The notes: a model not told the origin generated them from the letters alone. DNA of 64,000 bases from Patescibacteria group bacterium (GCA_041671225.1 JBAZBY010000001.1:763454-827453), one strand, 5' to 3'. Shown: positions 34,494 through 45,978, counted from the stretch's first letter. A program made the numbers and translations.

Positions 34494-35006
34494 ATGCCCA
34501 ATCTCTTCCTCATCCTCGGCGACATCACTACTGAGCAGGTTGATGCGATTGTGAATGCCGCAAATCCTTCCCTTGCAGGTGGCGGGGGCGTGGATGGCGC
34601 CATTCATGCCGCAGCCGGACCGGAACTTAAGGAAGCTGCAGTAAAACTTGCGCCCTGCCCAACCGGTGAGGCGCGCATCACGCCGGGTTTTCACCTGCCG
34701 GCGAAGTTTGTGATCCACACTGTTGGTCCGGTGTATGGCGAGGAACAGGGCAGGGAAGCGGCACTGCTTGCCTCCTGCTATGCGCAAAGTCTTGCACTTG
34801 CGGAAGAACAGGGCGCAACAAGCATCGCATTCCCGTGCATTTCCACGGGCGTGTATGGGTATCCAAAAGCAGAGGCTGCTGCAATTGCCGTGGAGGCGGT
34901 AAAGAAATATTTTGTTGAACATCCAACGTCTTCCATGCGTGACGTGCGGTTCGTGGTGCATAGGGAGGAAGAGAAAATCATTTATCAAGATATTCTACAA
35001 AAATAG
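34494..35006 (+). CDS. macro-domain protein (O-acetyl-ADP-ribose deacetylase, YmdB-like)
   Basis: [18 protein letters not shown] and [10 protein letters not shown] are present. Confidence 0.85.
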   Translation: MPNLFLILGDITTEQVDAIVNAANPSLAGGGGVDGAIHAAAGPELKEAAVKLAPCPTGEARITPGFHLPAKFVIHTVGPVYGEEQGREAALLASCYAQSLALAEEQGATSIAFPCISTGVYGYPKAEAAAIAVEAVKKYFVEHPTSSMRDVRFVVHREEEKIIYQDILQK

Positions 35007-35071
35007 ACTTGTAAGGTGACAGTGGACAAAACTCTTCATTCTCCCGCATAATGAAATAAAGGGGATAACCT

Positions 35072-35650
35072 ATGGCACACCACAAAAAAGGATTCACGCT
35101 CATTGAACTCTTAGTCGTCATCGCGATTATTGGAGTTCTCTCTGCAATTGGCCTGGTGTCTCTGAATGGTGCACGGGAAAAGGCACGAGATGCACAGCGC
35201 GTAAGTGATCTTGCCCAAATGAGCACCGCGCTTGTACTCTATTATGATGATCACGATCATACATACCCTGAGCAATTAGCGCAGAGCCTTGATGCGGAAG
35301 TGGATTGCGTCAATTCAGATAACGCCGGCTTTGATGTTGGGTTTACGTCAGACGGAACAAGTCTAACCCCTTCCGTGGTGGGGGAATTTATGGTATGGCA
35401 GAAAAGTGGGCCGATCGTCCCGCAGTATTTGTCTATAAATCTTTTTCCGCCGGGTGGTGGAACCGGATGGCAGGATCTCTACTGCTATGATACGAACAAT
35501 GCTGCGAGCACGCCGCAAAGTTCGTATATTATTTTCACCGGCCTTGAGGCAGGAAGCGGCAACGGATTTTTCTACATTAATTCCCGTGGGTTCACTGGAA
35601 ATACCAAACCGGCGTCATTGTGTGAAGCTCAGGACATTTGCATGCCTTAA
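35072..35650 (+). CDS. type IV pilin-like protein (prepilin-type N-terminal cleavage/methylation domain)
   Basis: KKGFTLIELLVVIAIIGVLSAI. Confidence 0.75.
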   Translation: MAHHKKGFTLIELLVVIAIIGVLSAIGLVSLNGAREKARDAQRVSDLAQMSTALVLYYDDHDHTYPEQLAQSLDAEVDCVNSDNAGFDVGFTSDGTSLTPSVVGEFMVWQKSGPIVPQYLSINLFPPGGGTGWQDLYCYDTNNAASTPQSSYIIFTGLEAGSGNGFFYINSRGFTGNTKPASLCEAQDICMP

Positions 35651-35696
35651 TGCAGTGCAGCACGCCTCTGTGGTATTTTTAGATTTTTTGTATATT

Positions 35697-35780
35697 TACC
35701 ACACATCACGCCGGGCTTCAACGTGCCCGTGAAGTTTGTGATCCATACGTTTGCTGGTGTATGGGTATTCAAAAGCGAGG
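35697..35780 (+). pseudogene. macro-domain gene fragment (degenerate partial duplicate of 34677-34880)
   Basis: atcacgccgggcttcaacgtgcccgtgaagtttgtgatccatacg...gtgtatgggtattcaaaagcgaggct aligns to the macro gene, with substitutions and an internal deletion. Confidence 0.5.
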
Positions 35781-35906
35781 CTACATTTCTTGACACAAGC
35801 TTCATCACCTGATACGGTGCCGTGCTTGTCACAATGCTCATTCCCAAATGCTCAACGCGAGTATGCGGTGCAATGCGCGATTTTTGTTTAAGGAGGGCTC
35901 TCGGAA

Positions 35907-36809
35907 GTGAAGACTCGGAAGAAGGTTGCGCGCAAACCGCGGCCTCGTTGGCCATGGGCACTGGTTGGCATCCTCGTGCTGCTTGTGGTCATTGCCAAGC
36001 CGGTCATTCGCGAGTATGGCGAGTACCGACGGACAATGCCGTTCATTTCGATCACAGGTACCGAGCATGTCGACCCGGATTCGCTTCCGCGGGGTCTCAT
36101 CCTCACCGAGGATTACCTCGCGCAGTTTGAAGGGCTTCCGTGCCTCGCAAGCAAGCTGGAGAACATCCGGCAGAATATCCCCATCTGGAACGCGTTCATC
36201 GACTCCGCGTGGAACCAGGCGGATGGGCTCACCATCGATCTGCTCATGCAGGAGCACGCGTCTGAGCTCACTCCTGTGAGCAAAGGGATCGAGCGGAGCC
36301 AGCATGCCATAGAGAAGATCCTGGAGCGCGAGCGTTACTCCGTGGTTGGTTTTGAAGGCAACGATATCCCCAAAATCAACGAAGCAAGCCTCCGTACGTA
36401 CACGCGGAACTTGATGAGTTCGTTGGGGTTGTCGCCGATCGAAGGAGACGTTGTAGCGATAACGCGTGACTATATTGCACAGAATGGCGGTACGCGCTAC
36501 GCCCAGCGGCATCCGGACGTACATCTCTTCGGCTGCGAGGCTGAGAGCCTGCTCTCGGCGAACTCCTGCTTCGTGTATTCTTTCAAGGGATTGCGCTATG
36601 CGCGCGGGCAGGATCCGCTCATGGATAACCTCGTGGATGCTTTGGAGTTTTGCCGCAGCGAGATGGCGCTTGCCAAGACCATCTTAGAGCTTCACCGCCT
36701 TGGGGAAACCCGGGGCGCCATCATCATCGGCTCGTACCACGGGCCTGCGATGGAGGGGATGATGAAGCTTCTCAGGATTCGTGGCACCATCTACAACACG
36801 GCGAGGTAG
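35907..36809 (+). CDS. hypothetical membrane-anchored protein
   Basis: A basic N-terminus is followed by the TM helix WALVGILVLLVVIA. Confidence 0.45.
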   Translation: MKTRKKVARKPRPRWPWALVGILVLLVVIAKPVIREYGEYRRTMPFISITGTEHVDPDSLPRGLILTEDYLAQFEGLPCLASKLENIRQNIPIWNAFIDSAWNQADGLTIDLLMQEHASELTPVSKGIERSQHAIEKILERERYSVVGFEGNDIPKINEASLRTYTRNLMSSLGLSPIEGDVVAITRDYIAQNGGTRYAQRHPDVHLFGCEAESLLSANSCFVYSFKGLRYARGQDPLMDNLVDALEFCRSEMALAKTILELHRLGETRGAIIIGSYHGPAMEGMMKLLRIRGTIYNTAR

Positions 36810-36892
36810 GTGTACGAAGTTCGTTGTATTGTGCAGGCTGGTCCTCTTATTGAGGACCGGCCTGCTTTTCCTTCTCTTGCTTTTGACCTAGA

Positions 36893-37871
36893 AATGCGGG
36901 ATTATTCCCTTATGCGCTCCCATACCATAAAGCAGCCCTGGATTGTTCGTGCTTCTGCTATTCATGGCAAGGGTGTGTTTGCGCACCGCGCCATCAAAAA
37001 AAATGAGGAGGTTTTTACCGTGGAGGGACCCAAGATTACCTACCCGGATGAGCCGAACTGGCGCATGGGGCCGGACTGGCTGCATGTCGGGCGGAACACA
37101 TACATCATCGCGTATCCGGATAATCCATGGATTTTTATCAATCACTCCTGTGATCCGAATGCATTGGTAACCAGAGAGTGCCGTGTTGTTGCCCTGCGTC
37201 CACTTCACCCTCGGGAGGAAGTGACCATTGACTACGCATTTGTTGAGGCTGGCACGCAATGGCGTATGCACTGCACCTGCGGTTCTGCACAGTGCCGGCA
37301 TGAGATACGCGGCGTACAGTACCTGCCGAGCCGCAGCGTTCTGCGGTATAAGAACCGCATGCTCCCGTACCTGTACCACGTGTTCCAGCGCCAGAAGGTG
37401 GAGACAATCCGTCGTGGAACGCAGACGTTATTGATTGCCAAGCAAACACTGCACCGCGGCGAGACCGCCTTTGTGGTTGAAGGGCCGGAGATTCGCTATA
37501 CGCTTCCCCCAAACTCACGCCGCGGTTTCTACTGGCTTGGGATCAGTAAGAATAAATGGCTGATTCCGTACCAGAATAATCCATGGAATGTGATGAGGCA
37601 CTCCTGCATGCCGAATGTTGGCATCACGGATGCACATCATGTGAAGGCGCTCTGCACCATCCGTCGCGGTGAAGAGATTACCATTGATGATTCCATCACA
37701 GAGGCAGACCCCAATTGGCAGGTCCAGTGTGTCTGTGGTTCCCCTCACTGCAGAAAGATTGTCCGTTCTATCAATTTTTTGCCGCCCGCATCATTCCGCC
37801 GTGCCATGCCATACATTCCGAGTTATATGCAAAAGGCGTATCGCGCTGCACAAAAAGACATTTTCCCTTGA
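36893..37871 (+). CDS. tandem SET-domain protein (putative protein-lysine methyltransferase)
   Basis: Two SET cores are present: FINHSCDPNA...EEVTIDY and MRHSCMPNV...EEITIDD. Each is followed by a Cys cluster (CTCGSAQC, CVCGSPHC). Confidence 0.65.
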
Positions 37872-37895
37872 CGCCCGCGCGTTTTCCTGTATAAT
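37868..37895 (+). promoter_or_regulatory. promoter (TTGACG-16-TATAAT) of typA
   Basis: Consensus-like hexamers about 58 nt upstream of the typA ATG. Confidence 0.5.
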
Positions 37896-37952
37896 ACGCA
37901 GCTGTTACTAGCAAGAGAGACTCACACGCCAGCTCTCAGATAGCTGAGGTTT

Positions 37953-39743
37953 TTGAAGATTATGGACATCCGCAATATTGCCATCATCGCCCACGTGGAC
38001 CACGGAAAAACAACGCTCACAGACGCGTTGCTTCGCCAAACCGGCATGACCGACGAGACAAAAAGCATGGATTCAAACGCGCTTGAACAAGAGCGCGGCA
38101 TTACCATTTATGCAAAGAACACCTCACTTTTTTATCAAGACACCAAGATCAACATCGTGGACACCCCTGGGCACGCTGACTTTGGTTCTGAGGTAGAACG
38201 CGTGCTTCGCTCCATTGATTGCGTTTTGCTCGTGGTGGACGCGCAAGAAGGCCCTATGCCCCAGACGCGCTATGTGCTCAAGAAGTCTCTGGAACTGGGC
38301 CTTAAGCCTATTGTCGTTATTAATAAGATAGATAAACCGGCAGCGCGTATTCCGGAGGTTGAGGAAATGATCCTGGAGCTGTTCATGGATCTGGGCGCGA
38401 ATGACGAGCAGCTGAACTTCCCCCATGTGTATTCCATTGGTTCGCAAGGCATTGCAAAGCGCGCACTTACGGATGATTCAAAGGACCTCACCCCGCTCCT
38501 GGATATGATTCTTGAAAAGGTTCCGGTTGCGCCGCATGACATCTTCGTGCCGCTCCGCATGCAGCCTTTTAATCTTGCGTATGATGATTACCTCGGCCGC
38601 ATGGGCATTGGCCGCATCTATGAAGGCGTCATCACGCAGGGTGAAACAGTGGTGATAAAAACACCCGCAGGGGAATCCCGCACCGGCAATATCACCAAGC
38701 TGTATACATTTCATGGGACGGATCGCAAGGATGTTGCACAAGCAGAAGCGGGGGATATTGTGATGATTGCAGGGATCGAAGACATCGACATCGGCGAAAC
38801 CGTGTGCCATGACGAAGCACAAGTGCCGCTTGCCGCTATTCATGTGGATGAGCCGACCATCTCCGTCCACTTCATGGTGAACAATTCACCATTTGCGGGA
38901 AGGGATGGAAAATTCGTCACCAACAGCCAACTCAAGGAGCGCCTGGAAAAAGAACTTGAAGTGAACGTGGGATTGAAGATCGATTTTTCTGATAAGGATT
39001 TTTATAAGGTCTACGGCCGCGGCGAAATGCACATTGCCATTCTTTTGGAACAGATGCGCCGCGAGGGCTATGAAATGCAGGTTTCCCAGCCGCATGCGAT
39101 CTTTAAGGAAGAAAACGGCAAACGTCTGGAGCCTTTTGAGCAAATGACCATCGATATTCCCAATGCAATGTCCGGCACGGTGATTGAGAAGCTGCAACGC
39201 CGCAAAGGCGTGATGACCAAGATGCACGCCGCGGATACCACGCGCCTCACGTTTGAGATCCCAACACGCGGCTTGCTTGGATATCGCGGTGAGTTCGTTG
39301 TGGATACCAAAGGCGAGGGAATCATGGCAGCGGAGGGTTTGGGGTTTCGCTCATATGCCGGAGAGATCGAATCGCGCGATGTTGGTTCTATGGTTTCCAT
39401 GATATCCGGCAAAGCGCTTGGTTATGCGCTGTACAATCTGCAAAATCGTGGCCAGCTCTACATTCACCCGAATATTGAAGTCTATGAAGGCATGGTGATC
39501 GGCAACACCTCCAAAGGTGATGACATGGCTGTGAATCCCATCAAGGGGAAGCAGCTCACGAACATGCGTTCTTCTGGTACAGATGAGGCCATAAACCTCG
39601 TTACGCCGATCGAGCTTACGATCGAGCGCGGCTTAGAACTCATGAGCGGGGATGAATATTTGGAGATCACTCCACACAACGTCCGACTTCGCAAACAACA
39701 CCTCACTGCAGAGGCTCGCGTGAAGGCCCAGAAGGTAGTGTAA
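37953..39743 (+). CDS. typA: translational GTPase TypA/BipA
   Basis: The N-terminus is [17 protein letters not shown], with DTPGHADF and NKID motifs. The length (596 aa) and C-terminal domain are BipA-like. Confidence 0.9.
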   Translation: MKIMDIRNIAIIAHVDHGKTTLTDALLRQTGMTDETKSMDSNALEQERGITIYAKNTSLFYQDTKINIVDTPGHADFGSEVERVLRSIDCVLLVVDAQEGPMPQTRYVLKKSLELGLKPIVVINKIDKPAARIPEVEEMILELFMDLGANDEQLNFPHVYSIGSQGIAKRALTDDSKDLTPLLDMILEKVPVAPHDIFVPLRMQPFNLAYDDYLGRMGIGRIYEGVITQGETVVIKTPAGESRTGNITKLYTFHGTDRKDVAQAEAGDIVMIAGIEDIDIGETVCHDEAQVPLAAIHVDEPTISVHFMVNNSPFAGRDGKFVTNSQLKERLEKELEVNVGLKIDFSDKDFYKVYGRGEMHIAILLEQMRREGYEMQVSQPHAIFKEENGKRLEPFEQMTIDIPNAMSGTVIEKLQRRKGVMTKMHAADTTRLTFEIPTRGLLGYRGEFVVDTKGEGIMAAEGLGFRSYAGEIESRDVGSMVSMISGKALGYALYNLQNRGQLYIHPNIEVYEGMVIGNTSKGDDMAVNPIKGKQLTNMRSSGTDEAINLVTPIELTIERGLELMSGDEYLEITPHNVRLRKQHLTAEARVKAQKVV

Positions 39744-39832
39744 GGACACTGAAATAAATACCCCATAGTCGGTGTAACAAGGATGAGCGTATAAAAGCTC
39801 ATTGTTCCTTCCTTATTCACTATTTTTTATAC

Positions 39833-41194
39833 ATGAGCGTTTTGAAGCGCGGGGTGAAAAATACCTTCCGCAACGGGATACGAACAATATCTGTTACCGC
39901 TATTTTGGCCATAAGCATCGCATTATCATTGGTCATGCTGCTTTCCTATCAGGCCGTGGAGGGACGGATTACTGAGGTGAAGTCGTCCATTGGCAATATC
40001 ATTACCGTGACGCCGGCGGGCTCACGCGGCTTTTTTGGTGGCGGGGAACCGCTGACGAATGATACTGTTGCGGCCATAAAAAACACCGCGCACGTCAGCA
40101 AGGTTCAGGCAACGCTTTCCAGTCAGCTCACAACGGATAGTACAACGAATTTGGAATCAGGCATGGATGCTGGCACGCTTGGCGAGCGGAGATTTGGCGG
40201 ACAAGACGGCGGTCCCGTTCCGCCGGACGGTCAGGTGAGCACGGGCACATTCACGCTGCCAATTTTTAGCGTGGGTGTTGATGATGTTGCGAACGCGCGT
40301 GCCATCAGCGGCAGTGCCATTACCATTGCTTCTGGCAGCGCATTTGATGCAAGCAGCAGTGATCGTGAAGCACTCATTGGTTCTGGTATTGCAGAAAAGA
40401 ATGAGCTTTCTGTTGGTGCTACCTTCACCGCATATGATGAGGAAATTATTGTTGCGGGTATTTTGGATACTGCGGATAACCGTTTTGCGGAGAACGTGGT
40501 TGTTTTTCCATTGGCGACATTGCAGGAACTGGCAGGACTTGATGGTGAGGTTTCTGATGCGACGGTGCAAGTAGATTCTATTGAGAATATGGATGCGACG
40601 GTTTCGGCGCTTCAGGCCACGCTTGGCGACATTGCGGACGTTGTGAGTCAACAGGATACAGCCGCAAGCGCGTTGGAGCCGCTACAAAATATTCGCGGCG
40701 TGACGCTTGCAAGTTTGTTCGGGGCACTTGGTGCTGGCGCGGTGATCCTCTTTCTCACGATGTTGATGGTTGTGCGGGAGCGGCGCCGTGAGATCGGCGT
40801 GATGAAGGCGATCGGGGCGCCCACAAGCAGTATCGTTACCCAGTTCTTCACCGAAGGTGTGACGTTCACCGTACTCGGTGGTATTTTTGGCACTATTTTG
40901 GGCGTGGTACTGGCAAATCCGGTACTTGGCGCATTGGTAAAAAGCAGCACCGGCACAACGGGCACACCAACAGAAGGCATTGCCAGGATCGCTGGCGGAC
41001 CGGGCGGGGGATTTGCACGGGCGTTTGAGACCATCAACCTTCGCGGTACGCTGGATAATTTGACGGCTGCCGTGAGCTGGGAAGTGGCACTCTATGCGGT
41101 ACTTGCCGTACTCGTGATTGCCGCTCTTGGTAGTATGATTCCTTCATTCTTTATTGCTCGGGTTCGCCCGGCGGAGGTTATGCGCAATGAATAA
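39833..41194 (+). CDS. ABC transporter permease, MacB/FtsX family
   Basis: An N-terminal TM helix, a large extracytoplasmic domain and C-terminal FtsX-type TM helices. Confidence 0.75.
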   Translation: MSVLKRGVKNTFRNGIRTISVTAILAISIALSLVMLLSYQAVEGRITEVKSSIGNIITVTPAGSRGFFGGGEPLTNDTVAAIKNTAHVSKVQATLSSQLTTDSTTNLESGMDAGTLGERRFGGQDGGPVPPDGQVSTGTFTLPIFSVGVDDVANARAISGSAITIASGSAFDASSSDREALIGSGIAEKNELSVGATFTAYDEEIIVAGILDTADNRFAENVVVFPLATLQELAGLDGEVSDATVQVDSIENMDATVSALQATLGDIADVVSQQDTAASALEPLQNIRGVTLASLFGALGAGAVILFLTMLMVVRERRREIGVMKAIGAPTSSIVTQFFTEGVTFTVLGGIFGTILGVVLANPVLGALVKSSTGTTGTPTEGIARIAGGPGGGFARAFETINLRGTLDNLTAAVSWEVALYAVLAVLVIAALGSMIPSFFIARVRPAEVMRNE

Positions 41195-41861
41195 CGTTCT
41201 ACAGGTAGAAAAATTAGATAAGAAGTTTCAGACAGGGGAACACACCGTGCACGCCGTGCGCGACGCGTCGTTTGGCATTCCTCAAGGATCGGTCACGGCT
41301 ATTGTCGGCGCGAGCGGCAGCGGAAAGAGCACGCTTCTGGCATTACTGGGTTCTTTGGATGTGCCGGATAGCGGTACGATCACCATGGATGAACAAGAAG
41401 TGACCAAACTTTCTGATCACGCATTGATCAAATACCGTAACAAGAAGATCGGGTTCGTGTTTCAGGCGTATGAATTGATCCCCAATCTCACTGCGCTTGA
41501 AAATGTGATGTTACCCATGGAATTTGCGCATAGTAAAAGACATGAGCAGCAACACCGTGCGGAAAAACTGTTGCATCAGGTGGGTTTGAACAAACAACAG
41601 ATGGAACGCACCCCTCGCAAACTTTCAGGCGGTGAGCAGCAGCGCGTGGCTATTGCACGCGCACTGGCCAATGCGCCGCGCATGATCCTTGCAGATGAGC
41701 CAACAGGGAACCTGGACAGCAATACCGGCAAAAAGATTCTGGAGCTGCTCAAAGGACTCGCCAAAGATGAGAACACTGCGGTGATCATTGTGACGCATGA
41801 TCAGTCGATTGCGAGCCAGGCAGACCGCGTGTTGCACATAAAAGACGGCAAGATAGCATAG
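41187..41861 (+). CDS. ABC transporter ATP-binding protein
   Basis: [25 protein letters not shown] and [11 protein letters not shown] are present. The start overlaps the permease stop by 8 nt. Confidence 0.85.
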   Translation: MNNVLQVEKLDKKFQTGEHTVHAVRDASFGIPQGSVTAIVGASGSGKSTLLALLGSLDVPDSGTITMDEQEVTKLSDHALIKYRNKKIGFVFQAYELIPNLTALENVMLPMEFAHSKRHEQQHRAEKLLHQVGLNKQQMERTPRKLSGGEQQRVAIARALANAPRMILADEPTGNLDSNTGKKILELLKGLAKDENTAVIIVTHDQSIASQADRVLHIKDGKIA

Positions 41862-41946
41862 CCATTCTATACGTGTGGGGATAATGTGTCATAGCCAGTA
41901 TGTCTTTTTTTGGTATACTGGGCATACTATTAGTAAGAAAGAATCT

Positions 41947-42465
41947 ATGAATAAGACCATTCTCATTGTCATTGGTGTGCTTATCATTGGCGGCGTTGGC
42001 GCATGGGCAAGCGGCGTCTTTAAGGAAAAAGTATCGGAAAGTATCATTGAAAATACCATCGAATCGCAGTCTGGTGACGACGTCGATGTTGACCTTGATC
42101 TCTCAGGTGAGGAGACAACGATCAACGTGAATGGGTCAACATTGAATCTTGGAACAGATGTGGACCTCCCTTCTGATTTTCCCAATGATGTGTATATTCC
42201 CGATGATGCGGAGATACTTGCAGTTGCAAATATAGAAGTTGGTGCCTATACCGTCAGTATGACAAGCGATCGCGATGTTGCGGATCTGCGCCAGGATTAT
42301 GAAACCCAACAGTCGTCAGACGGCTGGGTGATTGGCAGCACAATAACCGTCGGTGAAGGAGTCTCGCTTATCTGGGAAAAGAATGACCGCATGATGAGCG
42401 TGAATATCATAGAAAGCGATGACGGGACCACTGCCATCGGGCTTTCTGTCGGTTCATCGTCATAA
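41947..42465 (+). CDS. hypothetical membrane-anchored/secreted protein
   Basis: An N-terminal TM helix or signal peptide is followed by an acidic domain. Confidence 0.45.
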   Translation: MNKTILIVIGVLIIGGVGAWASGVFKEKVSESIIENTIESQSGDDVDVDLDLSGEETTINVNGSTLNLGTDVDLPSDFPNDVYIPDDAEILAVANIEVGAYTVSMTSDRDVADLRQDYETQQSSDGWVIGSTITVGEGVSLIWEKNDRMMSVNIIESDDGTTAIGLSVGSSS

Positions 42466-42487
42466 GACGCATACGACCATATACATG

Positions 42488-42520
42488 GCGCCCCCGCAAA
42501 GCGGGGGCGCTTTTGGTTTT
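42488..42520 (+). terminator. rho-independent terminator
   Basis: GCGCCCCCGC-AAA-GCGGGGGCGC followed by TTTTGGTTTTT. Confidence 0.7.
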
Positions 42521-42524
42521 TATT

Positions 42525-45053
42525 CTAGTGAGCGGATGCTGCCCTGCGCGCGCTCATTCGGTAGTAAAGCAATTTTACGCCTTCGGTAACGCCCAGATAC
42601 ACAAGGGCAATCGCGAGAATAATGCCAAGGTCGGCAAGCTCAGGGGGTTCAAATTTGAACAGTGTTTGCCCAAAGCCGGTAAATGGAATCACGAGCGTGA
42701 CAAGGATCGCGAGAAGTGAAAGCCATATGACGATACCCGCCGGGCGCTTTGCGCGGAACATTGGCAGGCGCGTGCGAATAGAAAAGAGGAGGAGGAGTTC
42801 AGTCAGTACGCTTGCAATGAACCAATTCGTTTGCAGCACCGCGGCGCCCATGCCGACGAACGTGGCAAAAACAAGAAAATCAAAGAATGAACTCACAAGC
42901 CCAAGCACGCTTGCAGAAAGCGCAATATCTTTCACATTATACGCGCGCGGGCTCTTAAGCTCTTCTTTATCAACCGTGTCTGCTGCGATGGCGATCATCG
43001 GGAAGTCAGAGAGAAGGTTGAGTAAGAGGATCTGCACGGGAAGCATCGGCAGAAAGGGGATGAGCAGTGATGCGACTGCCACGGCATAAAAGTTTCCAAA
43101 ATTTGACGTCAGTGTTGCCCGGATGTATTTGGTGGTATTCGCAAAGATTTCCCGACCTTCACAAATTCCATCCACAATCACCTTAAGATTCTTCTTGAGA
43201 AGGACGATATCCGCGGTGTCTCGCGCAATATCCGATGCATGATCCACGGCCAGCGCCACATGCGCCACTTTGAGCGCAGGCGCGTCATTGATCCCTTCTC
43301 CCAAAAAACCAACAAGCTTATCTTCCTTGAGCAGGGATATGATGGAAAATTTGTCCTGCGGCGTCGTGCGGGCAAAGACCGCTTTCTCGTGCACTGCGCG
43401 ATGTTTTTCCGTTTCTGTGAGCGCATTGAACTGCTCTCCTGTGAGAACATGCGTCGGGTCGGTCAGAAGGCCGATTTCCTTCCCGACCGCGCCTGCAACG
43501 GCAGCGCTGTCTCCGGTGAGGATCACGATTCGTACGCCTAATGCTTTGGCGCGGCTCACCGCCTCCGGCGTTGTCTTCTTCACCGGGTCAACAAAAGCGA
43601 TCAATCCGCTGAAGGTGATGTTTTTTACATCAGAAAGCGTTTCAGGGATGTGCGGCACTGTTGCTTTCCCAACGGCGAGAACGCGTCTTCCAAGAAATCC
43701 TTGTGCGTCAATCCATGCGTATGCATCCTTACTTTCATGCGCAGAAAGGTTCGCTGCGGCAAGCAGCGTCTCTGGTGCACCGCGCAGAATAACCTGCTGC
43801 GATTTGCCTTGTTTGATGCAAACACCGTTGCTGCGTGCAACAGGATCAAATGGATAGATACGCAGTGGTTTTTCATTTTCAAAACTCGCGCGCGATGCTT
43901 CTGGCAAAGCTGCAAAGAGTGCAAGGTCAAATGCGTTATTTGCTTCGTGCTTCACGCTAAAAGAACTTGCCGCTTGCGCTGCAAAGGTAAGGAGCTCTGC
44001 TTTTTCCGTTTCCCCGTATGTCTCAGCCACCGTCAATGTATTCTCCGTGAGTGTCCCTGTTTTATCCGTACAAAGCACTTCAATGCTCCCAAGGTCCTCA
44101 ACAGCAGAAAGTCTTTTGACCACGACTTTATTTGCAGCGAGCCTGCGCGCGCCGCGTGAAAAAGAGAATGTCATCACAACAGGCAATGCTTCTGGCGTCA
44201 CACTGACGGCAAGGGCTATTGAGAAGATGATAAGTTCAATGATGTTTGTTTCTCCGCGATGAATAGCGAGATTCGCGATAAAGATGAACACCAACGTGAT
44301 GCCTATCAATTGGAGAATAAAGGTACTGATGCGGCCGATGCCGATGCTGAACGCGCTCTTCTTTTCTGTTTCTGTTGTCAGTTTTGCGATACTGCCCACA
44401 GCCGTTTGATTCCCCGTGGCACACACAACGCCCGTGGCACTTCCCGATGATAGCGTTGTGCCGGAAAAACCAATATTCGACGCTGCAAAAATGTCCTTTG
44501 GCGCAGCGGCAAGGGGGTCCGCATGTTTACTCACAGGAGCGGACTCCCCCGTAAAGACGGATTCATCTACGGCAAGCCCTTGAACATCGATAAAACGAAG
44601 GTCGGCAGGAATGCGGTCGCCTGGTTCCAGCAACACAATATCTCCTGGCACAAGCTCTGCAACGGGTATGCGCACAATAGCGTCATTGCGCCGCACATGG
44701 CACTGCTGTGCAATGACGCGAGAAAGAAGGTTTGCTGTCTGTTCTGAACGGTATTCCTGAAAAAATCCAAGCGCCGCGTTAATGAGGATAAAAAGAAGGA
44801 TAAGGATACCATCAAAGAGTCCGCCGAGTGCAAAAGAGAGCACTGCCGCAGCAGCAAGGAGGTAGAGAAAGGGTGAACGAAATTGACGGAAAAAAATTCC
44901 AAAAATAGAGGTGCGATGCGTCGCAATGGTGTTGGGGCCATATTGCGCAAGCCGTGTTGTTGCCTCAGCTGCGGTGAGGCCCTGAGGCGTGCTCCGAAGC
45001 GTTGTGAGAACGTCTGGTGCAGGAGGTGTTGCAAATGATGTATACGTTGCCAT
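42525..45053 (-). CDS. cation-transporting P-type ATPase (MgtA/Ca2+-type)
   Basis: The phosphorylation motif is CTDKTGTLT and the hinge motif is GEGINDAPAL. About 10 TM helices are predicted. The start is placed at MATYTS, an internal Met of the longer ORF. Confidence 0.85.
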   Translation of the reverse strand: MATYTSFATPPAPDVLTTLRSTPQGLTAAEATTRLAQYGPNTIATHRTSIFGIFFRQFRSPFLYLLAAAAVLSFALGGLFDGILILLFILINAALGFFQEYRSEQTANLLSRVIAQQCHVRRNDAIVRIPVAELVPGDIVLLEPGDRIPADLRFIDVQGLAVDESVFTGESAPVSKHADPLAAAPKDIFAASNIGFSGTTLSSGSATGVVCATGNQTAVGSIAKLTTETEKKSAFSIGIGRISTFILQLIGITLVFIFIANLAIHRGETNIIELIIFSIALAVSVTPEALPVVMTFSFSRGARRLAANKVVVKRLSAVEDLGSIEVLCTDKTGTLTENTLTVAETYGETEKAELLTFAAQAASSFSVKHEANNAFDLALFAALPEASRASFENEKPLRIYPFDPVARSNGVCIKQGKSQQVILRGAPETLLAAANLSAHESKDAYAWIDAQGFLGRRVLAVGKATVPHIPETLSDVKNITFSGLIAFVDPVKKTTPEAVSRAKALGVRIVILTGDSAAVAGAVGKEIGLLTDPTHVLTGEQFNALTETEKHRAVHEKAVFARTTPQDKFSIISLLKEDKLVGFLGEGINDAPALKVAHVALAVDHASDIARDTADIVLLKKNLKVIVDGICEGREIFANTTKYIRATLTSNFGNFYAVAVASLLIPFLPMLPVQILLLNLLSDFPMIAIAADTVDKEELKSPRAYNVKDIALSASVLGLVSSFFDFLVFATFVGMGAAVLQTNWFIASVLTELLLLFSIRTRLPMFRAKRPAGIVIWLSLLAILVTLVIPFTGFGQTLFKFEPPELADLGIILAIALVYLGVTEGVKLLYYRMSARRAASAH

Positions 45054-45177
45054 AGAGCTATGCGTAGTATCTCGCTTTTGTAGCAGAAAGACAAGGAATA
45101 TTTTTTGAAAAAGAAGAAGCCCCGAGTCCTCCAAGGTCGGGGCATTCAAGGCGGTATGAAAAACGAAAGGTGCTGCA

Positions 45178-45978
45178 TCACTGGTAGCGAGACTTGAGCA
45201 GTCCCCAGGTCGTGGGCTGCACCGGCGTGGGCTTCGCGTTCAGCGACAGCTGATACGTGCCGGTCTCGTTGTAGGCGCTGTATGCCAGCACCGTGTAGAG
45301 ACCGGACGCCGGAAGGTAGACCCTGTCGATGAGCCCGTTACCAGGCTTGCCGAGAAGAGTGCCATCCAACCGGTAGAGTTCGAGTCGCGGATTGACGCCG
45401 CTACCCTCGCCATACCGCACCATACTCACAGTGACGGAATCTCCGGCTACGCCCTGGAACTGGTAGGTGTGCGTAGTCCCGCACCCATCGATGCTCTTGA
45501 TCCAAGTGTAGCCCGGTTCCAGGAGTTCGATCTGTCCCTCGGGGGCGCTGGTCCGCTGCAGCGTGATGCTGAACTGACCGCCGCCGCTGTAGTTCACATC
45601 GTGCGTGGTGATGATGTGCTTCCCGGAATTGGCAAGGCGAATGTCGGTGAGAGCGAGACGAAGCGACCAACTGCAGTGGTTACTGTTGAGACCAGAGGCG
45701 TTCTGACGCACAAGGTTCCCGTTGGAATCCTTGATTTCGGACGCGAGGTCAAAGCAGCAGCATCCAGGCCTGCAATTGCCGCCGTAGTCACTGCACCACG
45801 TCACGAACATAACGACGCGGTCACCGGCATTGCCGTCGAATGAGAGCGAATCGATGCTTCCGTTGCACACGGAACGTCTGTACAGCGTGTCCCCGAAGTT
45901 GATCGGATCCACCCTGGCAGTCGCCGGCGCAGCGATAAGCACTGCGAACAGAACGAGGAAAAGAACGCATTTCGTCAT
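45178..45978 (-). CDS. hypothetical secreted protein
   Basis: The signal peptide is MTKCVLFLVLFAVLIAAPATA. The ORF is GC-rich. Confidence 0.45.
   Translation of the reverse strand: MTKCVLFLVLFAVLIAAPATARVDPINFGDTLYRRSVCNGSIDSLSFDGNAGDRVVMFVTWCSDYGGNCRPGCCCFDLASEIKDSNGNLVRQNASGLNSNHCSWSLRLALTDIRLANSGKHIITTHDVNYSGGGQFSITLQRTSAPEGQIELLEPGYTWIKSIDGCGTTHTYQFQGVAGDSVTVSMVRYGEGSGVNPRLELYRLDGTLLGKPGNGLIDRVYLPASGLYTVLAYSAYNETGTYQLSLNAKPTPVQPTTWGLLKSRYQ

Noticed and set aside
34362-34988. 208-aa ORF on the minus strand opposite the macro-domain gene
   Set aside because: It is antisense to a well-supported macro-domain CDS and has no motifs.
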